DNA from: Candidatus Altimarinota bacterium
GTDB lineage: Bacteria > Patescibacteriota > Gracilibacteria > BD1-5 > UBA6164
Reading direction: 5' to 3'
Length of the DNA stretch: 64,000 bases
Assembly (NCBI GenBank): GCA_035905775.1
Contig: JAMIGJ010000044.1
Span: 2 to 64,001 of the forward strand
This document shows positions 53,870 through 64,000 of this stretch, piece by piece. Numbering within the stretch: the first letter of the stretch is position 1; each line of letters starts with the position of its first letter. The translations under genes and the position numbers were made by a program. The notes under the pieces were generated by a model. It did not search any database. It was not told where the DNA came from and saw nothing but the letters and a program-made list of their open reading frames with translations.

Positions 53870-54781
53870 ATGCCAGCAATTCTACAAATACAAAACCTGA
53901 AAAAATCCTATAAAGGAAACGAAGTCCTGAAATGAGTCAATCTCGAAGTACAAGAAGGTGATTTTTTTGCACTTTTGGGGCATAATGGAGCCGGAAAATC
54001 TACCACGATTGGGATTATGACGAGCCTCGTGAATAAAGACTCAGGAACGGTAAAAATAGGGGGAGTCGATATCGATGAAAACTTTTCTCTGGCTAAAACC
54101 CATATTGGAGTCGTGCCACAAGAGTTCAATTTTGATATCTTTGCGAAAGTCGAGGATATCTGTCTCTTTGCAGCAGGATACTATGGAGTTTCAAGAGACG
54201 AAGCGAAAAGACGAGCTGAGTTCTATCTCACGAAACTTTGACTTTGGGAAAAACGTGAGAGTAAAGCAAAAGAACTCTCAGGAGGGATGAAACGAAGACT
54301 CATGATAGCGCGAGCGCTCATGCACGAACCAAAGATTCTCGTCCTCGATGAACCCACAGCAGGAGTCGATGTCGAGCTTCGAAAGACGATGTGGGAATTT
54401 ATCCGTGAACTCAATGAAAAGGGAGTGACGATTATCCTCACGACCCACTATCTCGAAGAAGTAGAGGAGCTCTGTCGCAATGTTGCGATTTTGTCCGGAG
54501 GACAAATCGTGCATCAGGGAAGCGTGAAAGAACTTCTTTCCACCCTGGATGAAGAGATATTTGTGTTGGATTTGAAAGATAAACTCCAAGAAATACCAAA
54601 ACGATTTGCAGAGTATAATCCAAAACTCGTAGATGCAAAAACGCTCGAACTGAGCGTAAAAGCAGCGGAAAGCATAAATGATATATTTTCTATCCTCACG
54701 GAAAAGTGAGTCCAGGTTCTCTCGATGCGAAACAAATCCAACAGACTCGAGCAACTCTTTTTAAAACTTGCGAAGAAGTAA
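53870..54781 (+). CDS. ABC-2 type transporter ATP-binding protein
   Basis: Motifs GHNGAGKST, LSGGMKRRL and LVLDEPTAGVD. 3 in-frame TGA. 303 aa. Confidence 0.9.
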
Positions 54782-54785
54782 TTTC

Positions 54786-54837
54786 TTATTCCTCATCTGA
54801 ATCTTCTCCTTTTACAAAAAAGGAGAAGGGCTACAAA
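54786..54837 (-). repeat. PE-1 palindromic element copy
   Basis: The minus strand reads TGTAGCCCTTCTCCTTTT-TTGT-AAAAGGAGAAG followed by ATTCAGATGAGGAATAAG. Confidence 0.7.
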
Positions 54838-54854
54838 CAAGAATCCTAAAAACA

Positions 54855-54905
54855 CTGCAGCCTCTTTCCTTTGAATTCAAAAGAAAGAATTCAAGATAGG
54901 AATTT
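54855..54905 (+). repeat. PE-1 palindromic element copy
   Basis: CTGCAGCCTCTTTCCTTTGAATTCAAAAGAAAGA followed by ATTCAAGATAGGAAT. Inverted partner of 54786-54837. Confidence 0.65.
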
Positions 54906-54925
54906 ATTTCCTAAAATATCCTCCC

Positions 54926-55681
54926 ATGACCGATCTCTATACTCTGATCTACAAAGAAGTTTTTCGCTTCTTGCGTGTTTGGAAGCAAACGCTTCTCCCA
55001 CCTGTTATCACAACCGTACTGTATCTTGCGATTTTCTGAAAATTTATCGGGGATAATATCTCTGTGGTTAAAGGACATAGCTACATCGATTTTATCTTTC
55101 CAGGGCTTCTCATGATGGCTGTGATTATGGCAAGTTACTCCAATACCTCAAGTAGTTTTTTTGGAGCAAAGTTTCAAAAATCGATCGAAGAGCTTTTTGT
55201 CTCTCCGATAGCTCACTGGAAGATCCTTGCGGGTTTTGCTATCTGAGCGGTACTTCGAGCTCTGATTGTTGCAGGATGCGTGTTTCTGGTAGGAGCTTTT
55301 ATGACGGATATTCATATCGAGCATTATGCTCTTGCTCTTGTATTTGTTTTTCTTACAGCTCTGCTTTTTGCATTTTTAGGACTCTATAACGCACTCTTTG
55401 CAAAAAGCTTTGATGATATATCGATTATTCCAACCTTTCTTATCACCCCGATGACCTATCTTTGAGGAGTGTTTTATCCGATTTCCGTACTCGGGCAACC
55501 ATGGCAATTTATTTCTCAGTTCAATCCCATTCTCTATATGATAAATGGTCTTCGCTATAGTTTTATCTCAGTTTCAGACATCAATATTTGGATTTCTCTC
55601 GGGATGCTTATTTTTTGTAATATTGCATTTATCATCGTTCTTTTGAGACTTCTCAAGAGGGGATATGGGATACGAAGTTAA
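54926..55681 (+). CDS. ABC-2 type transporter permease
   Basis: Four track fragments lie in one frame joined by TGA. 6 TM pattern. 251 aa. Confidence 0.85.
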
Positions 55682-55688
55682 AAAAATT

Positions 55689-55735
55689 CTCGCAAATTTT
55701 TAAAAAACACATACAATCTCTGTATGTATTTTTTT
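55689..55735 (+). terminator. TP cassette copy 3
   Basis: CTCGCA, 17 nt, TACAAT, inside AAAAAACACATAC-AATCTCT-GTATGTATTTTTTT. Confidence 0.65.
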
Positions 55736-55736
55736 A

Positions 55737-55834
55737 TTTGTAGCCCCTCGTCTTTCGTATGAAAGAACAAGTGAAGAAAGGAGTACTTGTACGACTATTC
55801 TGAAGTTGAACTGAAAGAGAGGATTCAGGTGAAG
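55737..55834 (+). repeat. PE-1-related composite element
   Basis: Starts TTGTAGCCCCTCGTCTTTCGTATGAAAGA and ends GAGAGGATTCAGGTGAAG. Longer than the other copies. Confidence 0.45.
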
Positions 55835-55851
55835 ATTATTATAAAAAGATT

Positions 55852-56478
55852 ATGAAACAACAAGTTATTTTCCTCAATGGAGGGAGTCCAAAAGAAAATT
55901 TTAAGGATTATTATGACATGCTCGAGAAGCTGGAATACAATCCCGCAGATGTAAATTTTAAAAACTGGAATAAAACTTTGGGAGAAAGACTCGGGGAAAA
56001 CTATGAGTATCTCAGAGCCCCATTCCATGATAGAGATTTTGCAGACTATAGAGCATGGAAGATTATGTTTGAAAAAATGCTTCCATTTTTAGATCAAGAG
56101 ATTATGATAGTCGCTACCTCATTAGGGGGGAGTTTTATTCTCAAATATCTTGGGGAAAATGATGGAATACTTCATCCAAAATCAGGAAAGAAAATTATCA
56201 TCAAAAAACTCTTTCTGATTGCAACAGCAGTGAGTGATACTCCAGATGAGATTATGTGAAACTTTGCTTTTGATTTGGAGGAAGTATATAGTAGAGTAGC
56301 AAGATGGTGTGAAAAAATCTATATCTATCATAGCACGGATGATACTATCGTGATGTATGAAGATGCTCTCAAAATAAAAAATTATTTTCCAGATGCAATC
56401 TTTCGTGATTTTCATGATAGAGGGCATTTTTATCTTGAAACTGAACTTCCAGAACTTATAGAAGATATTAAAAATTAA
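55852..56478 (+). CDS. alpha/beta hydrolase (YdeN/RBBP9-like)
   Basis: Nucleophile elbow ATSLGG, with late Asp and His (HSTDD, DRGHF). One in-frame TGA. Confidence 0.7.
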
Positions 56479-56542
56479 GACTCAGTTGAGTTTTGAGTTT
56501 TTTCTATAGAATCATTTTATATCATCTCATAAAATTATATAT

Positions 56543-57424
56543 ATGCGAAGCGAAGCGAATACCCGAAGGGTAAAAAAAATAACAAAATGCGTGATTCCAG
56601 CAGCAGGGATGGGAACGAGATTTCTTCCAGCAACCAAAGCACTTCCAAAAGAGATGTTTCCGATTGTGGATAAACCCGTGATGCAATATCTCGTCGAAGA
56701 AGCCATTGCAGCAGGGTGTACTGATATCATTATCATTACTGGACGTAGTAAACGTGCGATAGAGGATCATTTTGATAGTAATCCTGAGCTCGAAGCACGA
56801 CTGGATAGTTCTGGAAAATTTGAGTATCTTCAAAAAGTAAAATCTGCTTCAGGTGGAGCCAATATCGTCTATGTACGACAGCCCTATCCAAAAGGAGATG
56901 GTGATGCTATATTGCGAGCGAAAAACCTCATCGGAGATGAACCTTTTTTGGTGCTTTTCGGAGATGATATTATTGATAATCCTATAACAGCAGCAGAGCA
57001 ACTCGTAAAAAAATTCGAAGAAACAGGCAGAGTAGTGATAGCAACCATCGAAGTCCCAGCGAGTGAAGTAAAAAATTATGGAATCGTAGAAACAACAGAA
57101 AATCTTGAGGTTACTAAATTTCTTGAAAAGCCAAAGTCAGGTACAGATTCTCGTAGAGCAGCAATTGGGAAATATATCCTGACTCCAGATATATTTCGCT
57201 ATCTCGAAACGGCAGATTCGAGTGTTGGAGATGGAGAAATTCGTCTTGCAGATGCCTTTATTTCCATGCTTCAAAATGATAGTATTTTTGCACTCGATAC
57301 TCTCGGAACTCGCTACGATACAGGAAGTAAAATAGGATATCTCAAAGCCTGTATCGCATACGCTATGAAAGATGAAGAAGTAAAAGATGAGTTACAAGAG
57401 TTTTTAAAAAAAATCACTTACTAA
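56543..57424 (+). CDS. galU: UTP--glucose-1-phosphate uridylyltransferase
   Basis: Motifs VIPAAGMGTRFLPATKALPKEM, PKGDGDA and EKP. No TGA. 293 aa. Confidence 0.9.
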   Translation: MRSEANTRRVKKITKCVIPAAGMGTRFLPATKALPKEMFPIVDKPVMQYLVEEAIAAGCTDIIIITGRSKRAIEDHFDSNPELEARLDSSGKFEYLQKVKSASGGANIVYVRQPYPKGDGDAILRAKNLIGDEPFLVLFGDDIIDNPITAAEQLVKKFEETGRVVIATIEVPASEVKNYGIVETTENLEVTKFLEKPKSGTDSRRAAIGKYILTPDIFRYLETADSSVGDGEIRLADAFISMLQNDSIFALDTLGTRYDTGSKIGYLKACIAYAMKDEEVKDELQEFLKKITY

Positions 57425-57426
57425 TT

Positions 57427-57472
57427 CTCGCACTTCATTAAAAAATACATACAATACTGGTATGTATTTTTT
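57427..57472 (+). terminator. TP cassette copy 4
   Basis: CTCGCA, 17 nt, TACAAT, inside AAAAAATACATAC-AATACTG-GTATGTATTTTTT. Confidence 0.65.
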
Positions 57473-57484
57473 AATGCTATTTGT

Positions 57485-58723
57485 ATGCTTCAACTCCTTT
57501 CTGATCCCGATATCCCTTGCTTTTCGCAAATGCAAGATGTTATCACTTCACTTCTTGGGAAACGAGAAAATCTTGGTTTTATCGATGTCGATGAAACGGT
57601 TGATACTGCTGAGATTCATGAATATATTGCAAAGATTTGAGACCAATTTGATACTATGGTCGTACTCGGTATCGGTGGTTCTGCACTGGGGACGAGAGCT
57701 GTGTTTGAAACACTCAGAGGCAAGTACCACAATCAAAAGCAAGCAGTCAAAAAACTCTATATCCTCGATAATATCGATCCTGAAAGTATTACGGATTTGC
57801 AGGAGCAACTCGATCTTTCAAAAACACTTTTTTGCGTGATTTCCAAGTCTGGAACCACGGTGGAGATTCATGCACTCACAACGTATTTTATGAATCTCAC
57901 GAAATCTCGTGTAGACAAATGGAAAGAGCATTTTTGCTATGTGCTTGGAGAAAATTATTCAAAAAAAGCAGAAATACAGAAACATTTCCAGACCTTTTCT
58001 CTTGCAGATAATATTGGAGGAAGATTCTCGGTATTCACTCCCGTAGGACTTCTCCCACTTGCCTTCGCTGGAGTCGATATTGATGCCTTACTTGCTGGAG
58101 TACAACACGCAAAACAGAGATTTTTGTCTGAGGATATAGAGCAAAATACAGCTCTGAGACTTGCGTTCTTACAATACTATTTTTATGAAAAAGAGGGAAA
58201 AAATATTTGTGTGCTGTTTCCTTACTCGAGTCGTTTGGGGGGAATCGGAGCGTGGTATACGCAGCTTCTTTCTGAAAGCATCGGGAAAGACAGTATCGGG
58301 ATCACTCCTATCACCGCAGTCGGAGTGACCGACCAACACTCGGAGCTTCAGCTCTTTCAGGATGGTCCCAGAGATAAGTTTTTTATGAGTCTACAAATCG
58401 CAGAGCACATAAAAAATCCTCTCATCGATGCAGAAAATCACTTTGGTTTTGCTGAATTGCTTGAAATCGAGAGATATGGGACGCTCACTTCTCTCCAAAA
58501 CGACGAAGTCCCACTTGCAGCTCTCCAAATAGATGATATCTCAGAATCGTCACTTTCCGAGCTTCTCTACATGCTTGAGTTCCAGATTGCCTATCTTGGT
58601 GAACTTTTCGGGATTAATGCCTTTGATCAACCCGGAGTCGAGAAATCAAAAATTCTTACCAAGCAAAAACTCGCACAAGATTTTCCCAATCTTGATTTGG
58701 CTACGAAGTCTCAGGAGTTTTAA
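57485..58723 (+). CDS. pgi: glucose-6-phosphate isomerase (short form)
   Basis: Motifs VVLGIGGSALG, ISKSGTT, GGRFSV and DQPGVE. ATG 57485 is joined through one TGA. Confidence 0.85.
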
Positions 58724-58736
58724 ATTTCATCATTTC

Positions 58737-58782
58737 TTCGCATTTTTCTAAAAAATACATACAATACCTGTATGTATTTTTT
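58737..58782 (+). terminator. TP cassette copy 5
   Basis: TTCGCA, 17 nt, TACAAT, inside AAAAAATACATAC-AATACCT-GTATGTATTTTTT. Confidence 0.65.
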
Positions 58783-58791
58783 AGTTTTTCT

Positions 58792-59958
58792 ATGAAAAAA
58801 ATAGTTACGATTTGAGGAGGAAATGGACAATCCAATCTCCTGGATGCTATGCAACGATATTTCCCAAAAAAGAAATATCATATCTCTAGTATCGTCTCGA
58901 TGTCGGATGATGGTCGTACAACAGGGGAGTTGATGCGAAAGTTTCAGGAAGATCTGGGACTGCATCTCCCACCTCCAGGAGATCTCCGTAGATGTCTGTT
59001 TATGATGTCGAATTCAGAGCGAAAAGATGAGTTCGAGCAGTTTCTTGAGACGATTATAGAGCGAGATATCCAGATTTCAGAGCTCACGATTTGGGACTAT
59101 TTTAGGCTGGTAGGTGCTGATGAGACTTTTAAAAAGCATTTACAAAAAATGAAGTCTCTTTCCCTTTTCAAGGGAGAGAATTCAAGCGAGAGTTTCTTAA
59201 ATTTCACTCTCCCTCTCAGGTCTTCTATCAAGGGGCACAAAGTCGGAAATATCCTGATGGCAAATCTCTACTACAATCTAGAAAAAGATTATTATAAGAT
59301 GCTTGAGGTGATGCACGAGATACTCGAAGTTGAGGCAGATATTATCCCAGTTACGACGCAGCGAGCTTATATCCGCGCTGTTTTATGAAATGGGGAAGTG
59401 ATAGAAAGCCAAGATAGAATTTCCAATGTGGCTTCCTATACCGCAGGGATTGCAGATCTCGAACTCATGGAAGACTCAAAACATGCCTACCAACATAAAA
59501 ATGTATTCAAGGCAATAAAACAAGCTGACTACATCATCATCACTCCAGGGGATCTCTTTACCTCTATCATCTCCAACTTTGTGATTGGAGGAGTGAGTGA
59601 CGTGATTAAAAAATCCGATGCAAAAATCATCTATATTGGAAATTCGACTAATAAAGGAGGAGAAACACAATGACTGACACATCTGGATATCATTAATAAA
59701 ATCGAGAGATTTTTAGGACGCAAGATAGATATATTTATCTGTAATAACAAAAAACTTGAGCTCACTCTCGAAGAAAAACAAAGCTTTCAAAGTAATATCT
59801 CTGTAAAAGGAGGGGATTATCTCTATCTCTCAAAAGGGGAGAAAAAAGAGCTCGAAGCCCGTAAAGTAAAAGTCTTCGAAGCTCCTCTGCTTGATGCACA
59901 TACCTTCTATAAACATGATAAAAAAGCTCTCACCGAGCTTTTAGAAAAGATTTTGTAG
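58792..59958 (+). CDS. YvcK/CofD-family (UPF0052) protein
   Basis: Motifs IG(TGA)GGNGQSNLL, SMSDDGRTTG, PPGDLRRC and ITPGDLFTSI. 388 aa, TAG stop. Confidence 0.8.
59153..59193 (+). repeat. PE-1 palindromic element copy inside the YvcK-like coding sequence
   Basis: CTCTTTCCCTTTTCAAGGGAGAGA followed by ATTCAAGCGAGAG. About 85 percent identical to the mutY copy. Encodes KSLSLFKGENSSESF. Confidence 0.7.
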
Positions 59959-59959
59959 T

Positions 59960-60562
59960 TTAAATCTTTTTCCAACCATCATAACTGGCTTTTCCTGTTG
60001 CAAGCAGATAGAGATGATAGGGAGTGACGAGGACTCACTTTCCAAGTCCGTAGAGAAAGAGGATGATAGCTTCTGTGCTATCAATTATTCAGAGGAGTCA
60101 TCCGATTGCTTCATCCGTAAGAGACTCTGGGGAATGTCCCCGCTGTATAAAATCAGCTGAAAAGAGCTTACGGATGAGGACTCAAGGAGTATCACTTATA
60201 TTTTTTTCTTGCTCGAGAGTCATTCTGAGATGTTCTCGAAATTCTTTACTTGCAGCTTGAAGTGCTTCTTTTGCTCGTATAATCGCTTGTTGTAACTTTT
60301 CTTGTTCTTGCAGAGAGAGTTTTTCACTTACTCCGAGTGAAAGCTCTCAGAGTGAGTTTTTTGTATTTCCTTCAAGGAGATTTTGAGCTTCTGAAATATT
60401 TATTCCAAATTCCGATGCGATATTTGCGGCAAGTTTTTGTAATAAGAGAGAGCTCTCATTTCTGATTTTTTGTTCTAAAAAAAATTGCTCTTGTCTCTGC
60501 GACTCGAGATTTTTTTTCTTTTTTTCTTCACGCTGCTGATATTCGAGTTGTTCAAATGACAT
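59960..60562 (-). CDS. hypothetical coiled-coil protein with hydrophobic C-terminus (200 aa)
   Basis: Track ORF 60347-60562 extends through 5 TGA to TAA at 59960-59962, all triplets checked. Confidence 0.55.
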
Positions 60563-60588
60563 ACCGATGAAATGAAAAAAATAAATTT

Positions 60589-62079
60589 TTACTCAGTTTC
60601 TAAACTGCTCAGTTCCATTTGAGCTTGTGTTGACCACAAAGTATTAGGTGCTTCTTGGAGTACTTTTTTAAAATATACTTGAGCAATCCCTAAGTTCCCA
60701 CTTTCTTTTGCAGTATAGGCAATTTGTATCAAAAGAAAAGGATTTTTTGGATCTTTTGAAAGAGCATGTTGCAAAAGAGAAAAAGCTTCTTGCGTATTTC
60801 CATTTTCTCGAAGAATCCATCCTTCATACGCATAAAAGTCTCAATTTTCAGGGAAGAGTTTTTGTCATTTTTTACTCCAGTCTTGAGCTGTCTCATATGA
60901 TTCATGGAGAATATGATAATACACTGCAAGCCCAAGATCAGATGCTTCAAGGTTTTCTTCCTCTTCTACGAAATCTCAAAATGCCTTGAGCATCCCAGCA
61001 TCATTTTCAAGGAGATAGAGATTATGGATGAGTTGTCTGCGAACATCGATACTTGGAGTATACCCAAGCTCAAGCGCTTTGTTGAGATGGATATTGGCTA
61101 CGACATAGTCTTTGAGCTTCTCGTGAATGACTCACAGCATATAGGAAACATCCGCATCTTGCGAGTCTATTTTTTGATACTGTGTCAGTACTTCGCGAGC
61201 CTGAGTATATTCTCCGAGTTCATAATAACTTTGCGCAAGTATTTTGAGAACGGGTTTATATCCAGGTTTTTCTTTGAGCAGTTCTTTCGAGAGCGCAACT
61301 GCAACAGGATAGAGTTTATTATGGTACCACGCTCCGATGAGATAAGCATTTTTGAGTGATACGTCTTCAAGCTGAAAATTTTCATAATTTTTCAATGCCT
61401 CTTCAACTTTGAGAAGAGGAGAAAATACGGTATTTTGAGTTCAAGTACCACTCTCTTGCACACTACTTCCTGAAAAGGAGTCTTGAAATCAAAGTTTACA
61501 CATATGAAAATCTACGACACATGAGAGACTTTGCGTATAATAAAATATTTCCTCTGAGCTATAATTGTATTTTTTGAGTTCATTTTCTATTTTCACTCGA
61601 TTTTCAGGCAGAGTTATATCGAGACTATAGATGAGACTCAGGGCAAAAAGCTCTTTTTGACTTTGTGGCATCTCTGGAAGTCGAGAGAGATAGTTGACAC
61701 TGCTTCCAAACTTTTTGAGTTCAAAATAGGTGAGCGCAATCTTTTCGAGGATGAGAGGATCATTTGGATTTTTTTTGTAAAACTCCAGATATTTTTTGAG
61801 CGCGAGCGAAAGTTGGTTATTGTTATAATAACTGTCTCCTTCAAGAATCATTCCTTTATCTGCAAGTCGTTTTTTAATCAGCTCGATTTTTGTTCGTACT
61901 GCATCTGGCTCTTCCGTCACTTCCTCTTCGACAGGAGTATTTTCTTCTGCTCCAGTTGAGGAAACAGGAGTTTCACTGTTTTTTTTCTGCTCAGTGATAA
62001 GAGTCTCTATCGTCCCAGTAAAAAATAATATTCCTGCTGCAAAAGCAAAAAACGTAAAAATAATAAGAATATTGCGCAT
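60589..62079 (-). CDS. membrane-anchored TPR-repeat protein
   Basis: Three track ORFs lie in one frame (6 TGA). N-terminal TM helix MRNILIIFTFFAFAAGILFF. Repeated TPR-like A/Y/L patterns. Confidence 0.7.
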
Positions 62080-62135
62080 AGTCGTTTTGTTTTTTTTATT
62101 TTTTTGTATAAAGTATGATCTCGAACGTATCATAG

Positions 62136-63683
62136 ATGCTTCTTGGAAAATTGCAACAGTACTATCTTTTAAAGTTCTCGACATTGTATAAAAAAATAGC
62201 CTCAAATACGATTGCACAAATCGTTTCAAAAATGCTTACCGCACTTATTTCTATCGTCCTGATTGGACTTCTCACGAAATATCTCCCGATGGAGCTCTAT
62301 GGAAGCTACAATAAAGTGTATAGCTATCTTGGGATTTTTGCATTTCTTGCGGATTTATGACTCTATACGATTGCGATTCGAGAAATCTCTGCCTGACATA
62401 CCGCAAAAGAAAAGATTATTGGAAATATCCTGACGCTTCGTACCATTTTAGGTCTGTGAATCTGGGTTCTTGCGATAGTGATAGCACTCTTGCTTCCAGG
62501 GTATCACGATACTTTGACCCTTATTGCGATAGCGATTGTGGGAGCCTTTACACTGGTAAGCCTTATAAACTCTTCGCTTTTGGCTCTCATGCAGTCACAA
62601 ATGAAGATGGAATTTTCTCTGGTATCGCTTATATCAGGAAAACTGCTCAATCTTGGGCTTATTGCGCTCGCTCTTTTGTATATTTTTCAAGAGAGCTCTG
62701 AACTTTCCTTTGCCTTTCTTTCGGTCTTTGTTGCAGGATTTCTTGGAATAGTCCTTAATACACTTTTGAACTATTGCTATCTCAAAAAAACCATAGAGAT
62801 TCGCTATCTTTTTGATGGGGAATATATTACTCATATTTTCAAAATTTCACTTCCATACGGACTCGCTTTGTTTCTTTCGGTGGTATATTTTAAGGTAGAT
62901 GTGATATTACTTTCTTTGCTTGAATCTCCAGAAAAAGCAGATATTTCTATTGCTCTGTATGGTCTTCCAATGAAGATTATTGAAGTGCTCATGGTTCTTT
63001 GAGGTTTTTACTTAAACTCTTTGCTTCCTACCCTCACAGAAAAATATAAAAATACCGACGTAAAAGCGCTTGAACATATTTTTGGTCTGAGTTTGAAAGT
63101 ACTTTTGAGTTTTGGTTTTTTGATATTTTTACTGGGGAATCTCTTTGCCTCTGAAGTGATATCGATTATTGCCACCCCAGACTATCTCACACCAAGTAAT
63201 CATCTCTATAGTTCGCTTGATGCCTTTCGAGTCGTTCTTGCCGTACTCCTGTTTTATTTTTTATCACTGTGTTGTATCTATATGCTGATTGCATCAGAAA
63301 GACAGGGGATACTCTTGTGGGTCAATCTTGCCGTGACGCTTATAAACATTATTGGAAATATTATCTTTATCCCATATTTTTCATTTATGGGAGCAGCTTA
63401 TATCACACTCGTCTCGCAGATATTTTTACTCCTGTGTACAGGATATATCATTTTGAAAGACATAAAGATACCAAAAATCTATATCTTCTCTTGCATCAAA
63501 ACATGGTTTTTTGGGACTCTTCTCTTTTTTCTATTTTACTTTATTTCTTTTTGGAAAGATTGGGGAGATATACTAACTCTCTTTATTGTTGCTCCAATGT
63601 TTCTCGCAATGTATATTGCGATGGAATATCTCTTTTCAAAAAAGCTTCTCAAAGCTTCTAATATGTTCTCAGCACTCAAGTAA
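62136..63683 (+). CDS. MOP-superfamily polysaccharide/lipid flippase (Wzx/MurJ-like)
   Basis: Three fragments lie in one frame joined by TGA. About 12-14 TM helices. 515 aa. Confidence 0.75.
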
Positions 63684-64000
63684 CAGTATTAAGTTCAAGA
63701 AATTCACTATAATCCCTATTTTTAACCTCGAGAGTGAAAATTTTCAAGTTTTGATTCGTACATCACACTCCAGAAAATGAAAGTTGTGATCCAGTGAGCA
63801 AGAGTGTTCCAGTATTGTTTCCTGTGACAGCTCATGTGAGTGTGCCAGTAAGATTTTTACAGCCAATAGATCTGATCTCATATGGAGTTTTTGCAGACCA
63901 GTTTTTTCCATAAGATATCCACGTACTTCCACTCAAATAGCTACTTTGTAGAGTCCCACTTGCACTGCGAGAAATTTGTATTCTCCAACTTGTAGGGATG
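63658..64000 (-). CDS. hypothetical Gly/Thr/Ser-rich protein, 5' end outside the window
   Basis: Open frame in code 25 from the window edge to TAG 63658-63660. Contains LTGTLTGAVTGNNTGTLLLTGS repeats. Overlaps the flippase 3' end. Confidence 0.35.

Noticed and set aside
1-64000. Interpreting the many same-frame ORF fragments as a heavily pseudogenised genome under the standard code.
   Set aside because: The breaks are exclusively TGA, never TAA or TAG. They align with conserved glycines in catalytic motifs, and frames are never shifted (one exception at 20461-20468). Recoding explains all of it.
1-64000. CRISPR arrays, prophage or recognisable defence systems.
   Set aside because: No regularly spaced direct repeats and no cas, phage structural, restriction or toxin-antitoxin signatures were recognised. 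The repeats present are dispersed hairpins, not arrays.

Overview
AT-rich bacterial chromosome segment that is only coherent under translation table 25 (UGA = Gly), which points to a Candidate Phyla Radiation genome, Gracilibacteria/Absconditabacteria-like. The supplied standard-code ORF track splits most genes at in-frame TGA. I re-joined fragments that share a frame, checked by eye that no TAA/TAG lies between them, and confirmed that every merged gene ends at TAA or TAG. This gives about 75 protein genes, 4 tRNAs (Gln, Leu, Tyr, Thr), one GC-rich structured ncRNA (candidate RNase P RNA) and many hairpin terminators. Content: a Zur-like regulator with a COG0523 GTPase, DeaD, RecQ, a cell-wall cluster (hydrolase-VanY fusion, sortase), rplJ-rplL, rpmE, lipoprotein-release-type and ABC-2 transporters, miaA, nth and pilD. 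It also holds a light/UV-damage island with three photolyase/cryptochrome paralogs plus DUF2256, DUF1905, DUF2177, DUF1295 and an Fe-S-less MutY. Further genes are a PilB-like ATPase, a 2-oxoacid:ferredoxin oxidoreductase next to ATP-citrate lyase (aclBA), tag, galU, pgi, a YvcK-like protein, a TPR protein and a flippase. Beyond genes, the window carries several short repeat families. These are an RPE-like palindromic element with at least 12 copies (3 in-frame inside genes), a 5-copy terminator-plus-promoter cassette, and a 38-bp identical hairpin pair bracketing a two-gene islet next to tRNA-Gln. There are also twin 12-bp GC palindromes inside two unrelated genes. Product names come from motif recognition by eye only; no database search was run. 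No CRISPR array, integrase or transposase was seen.
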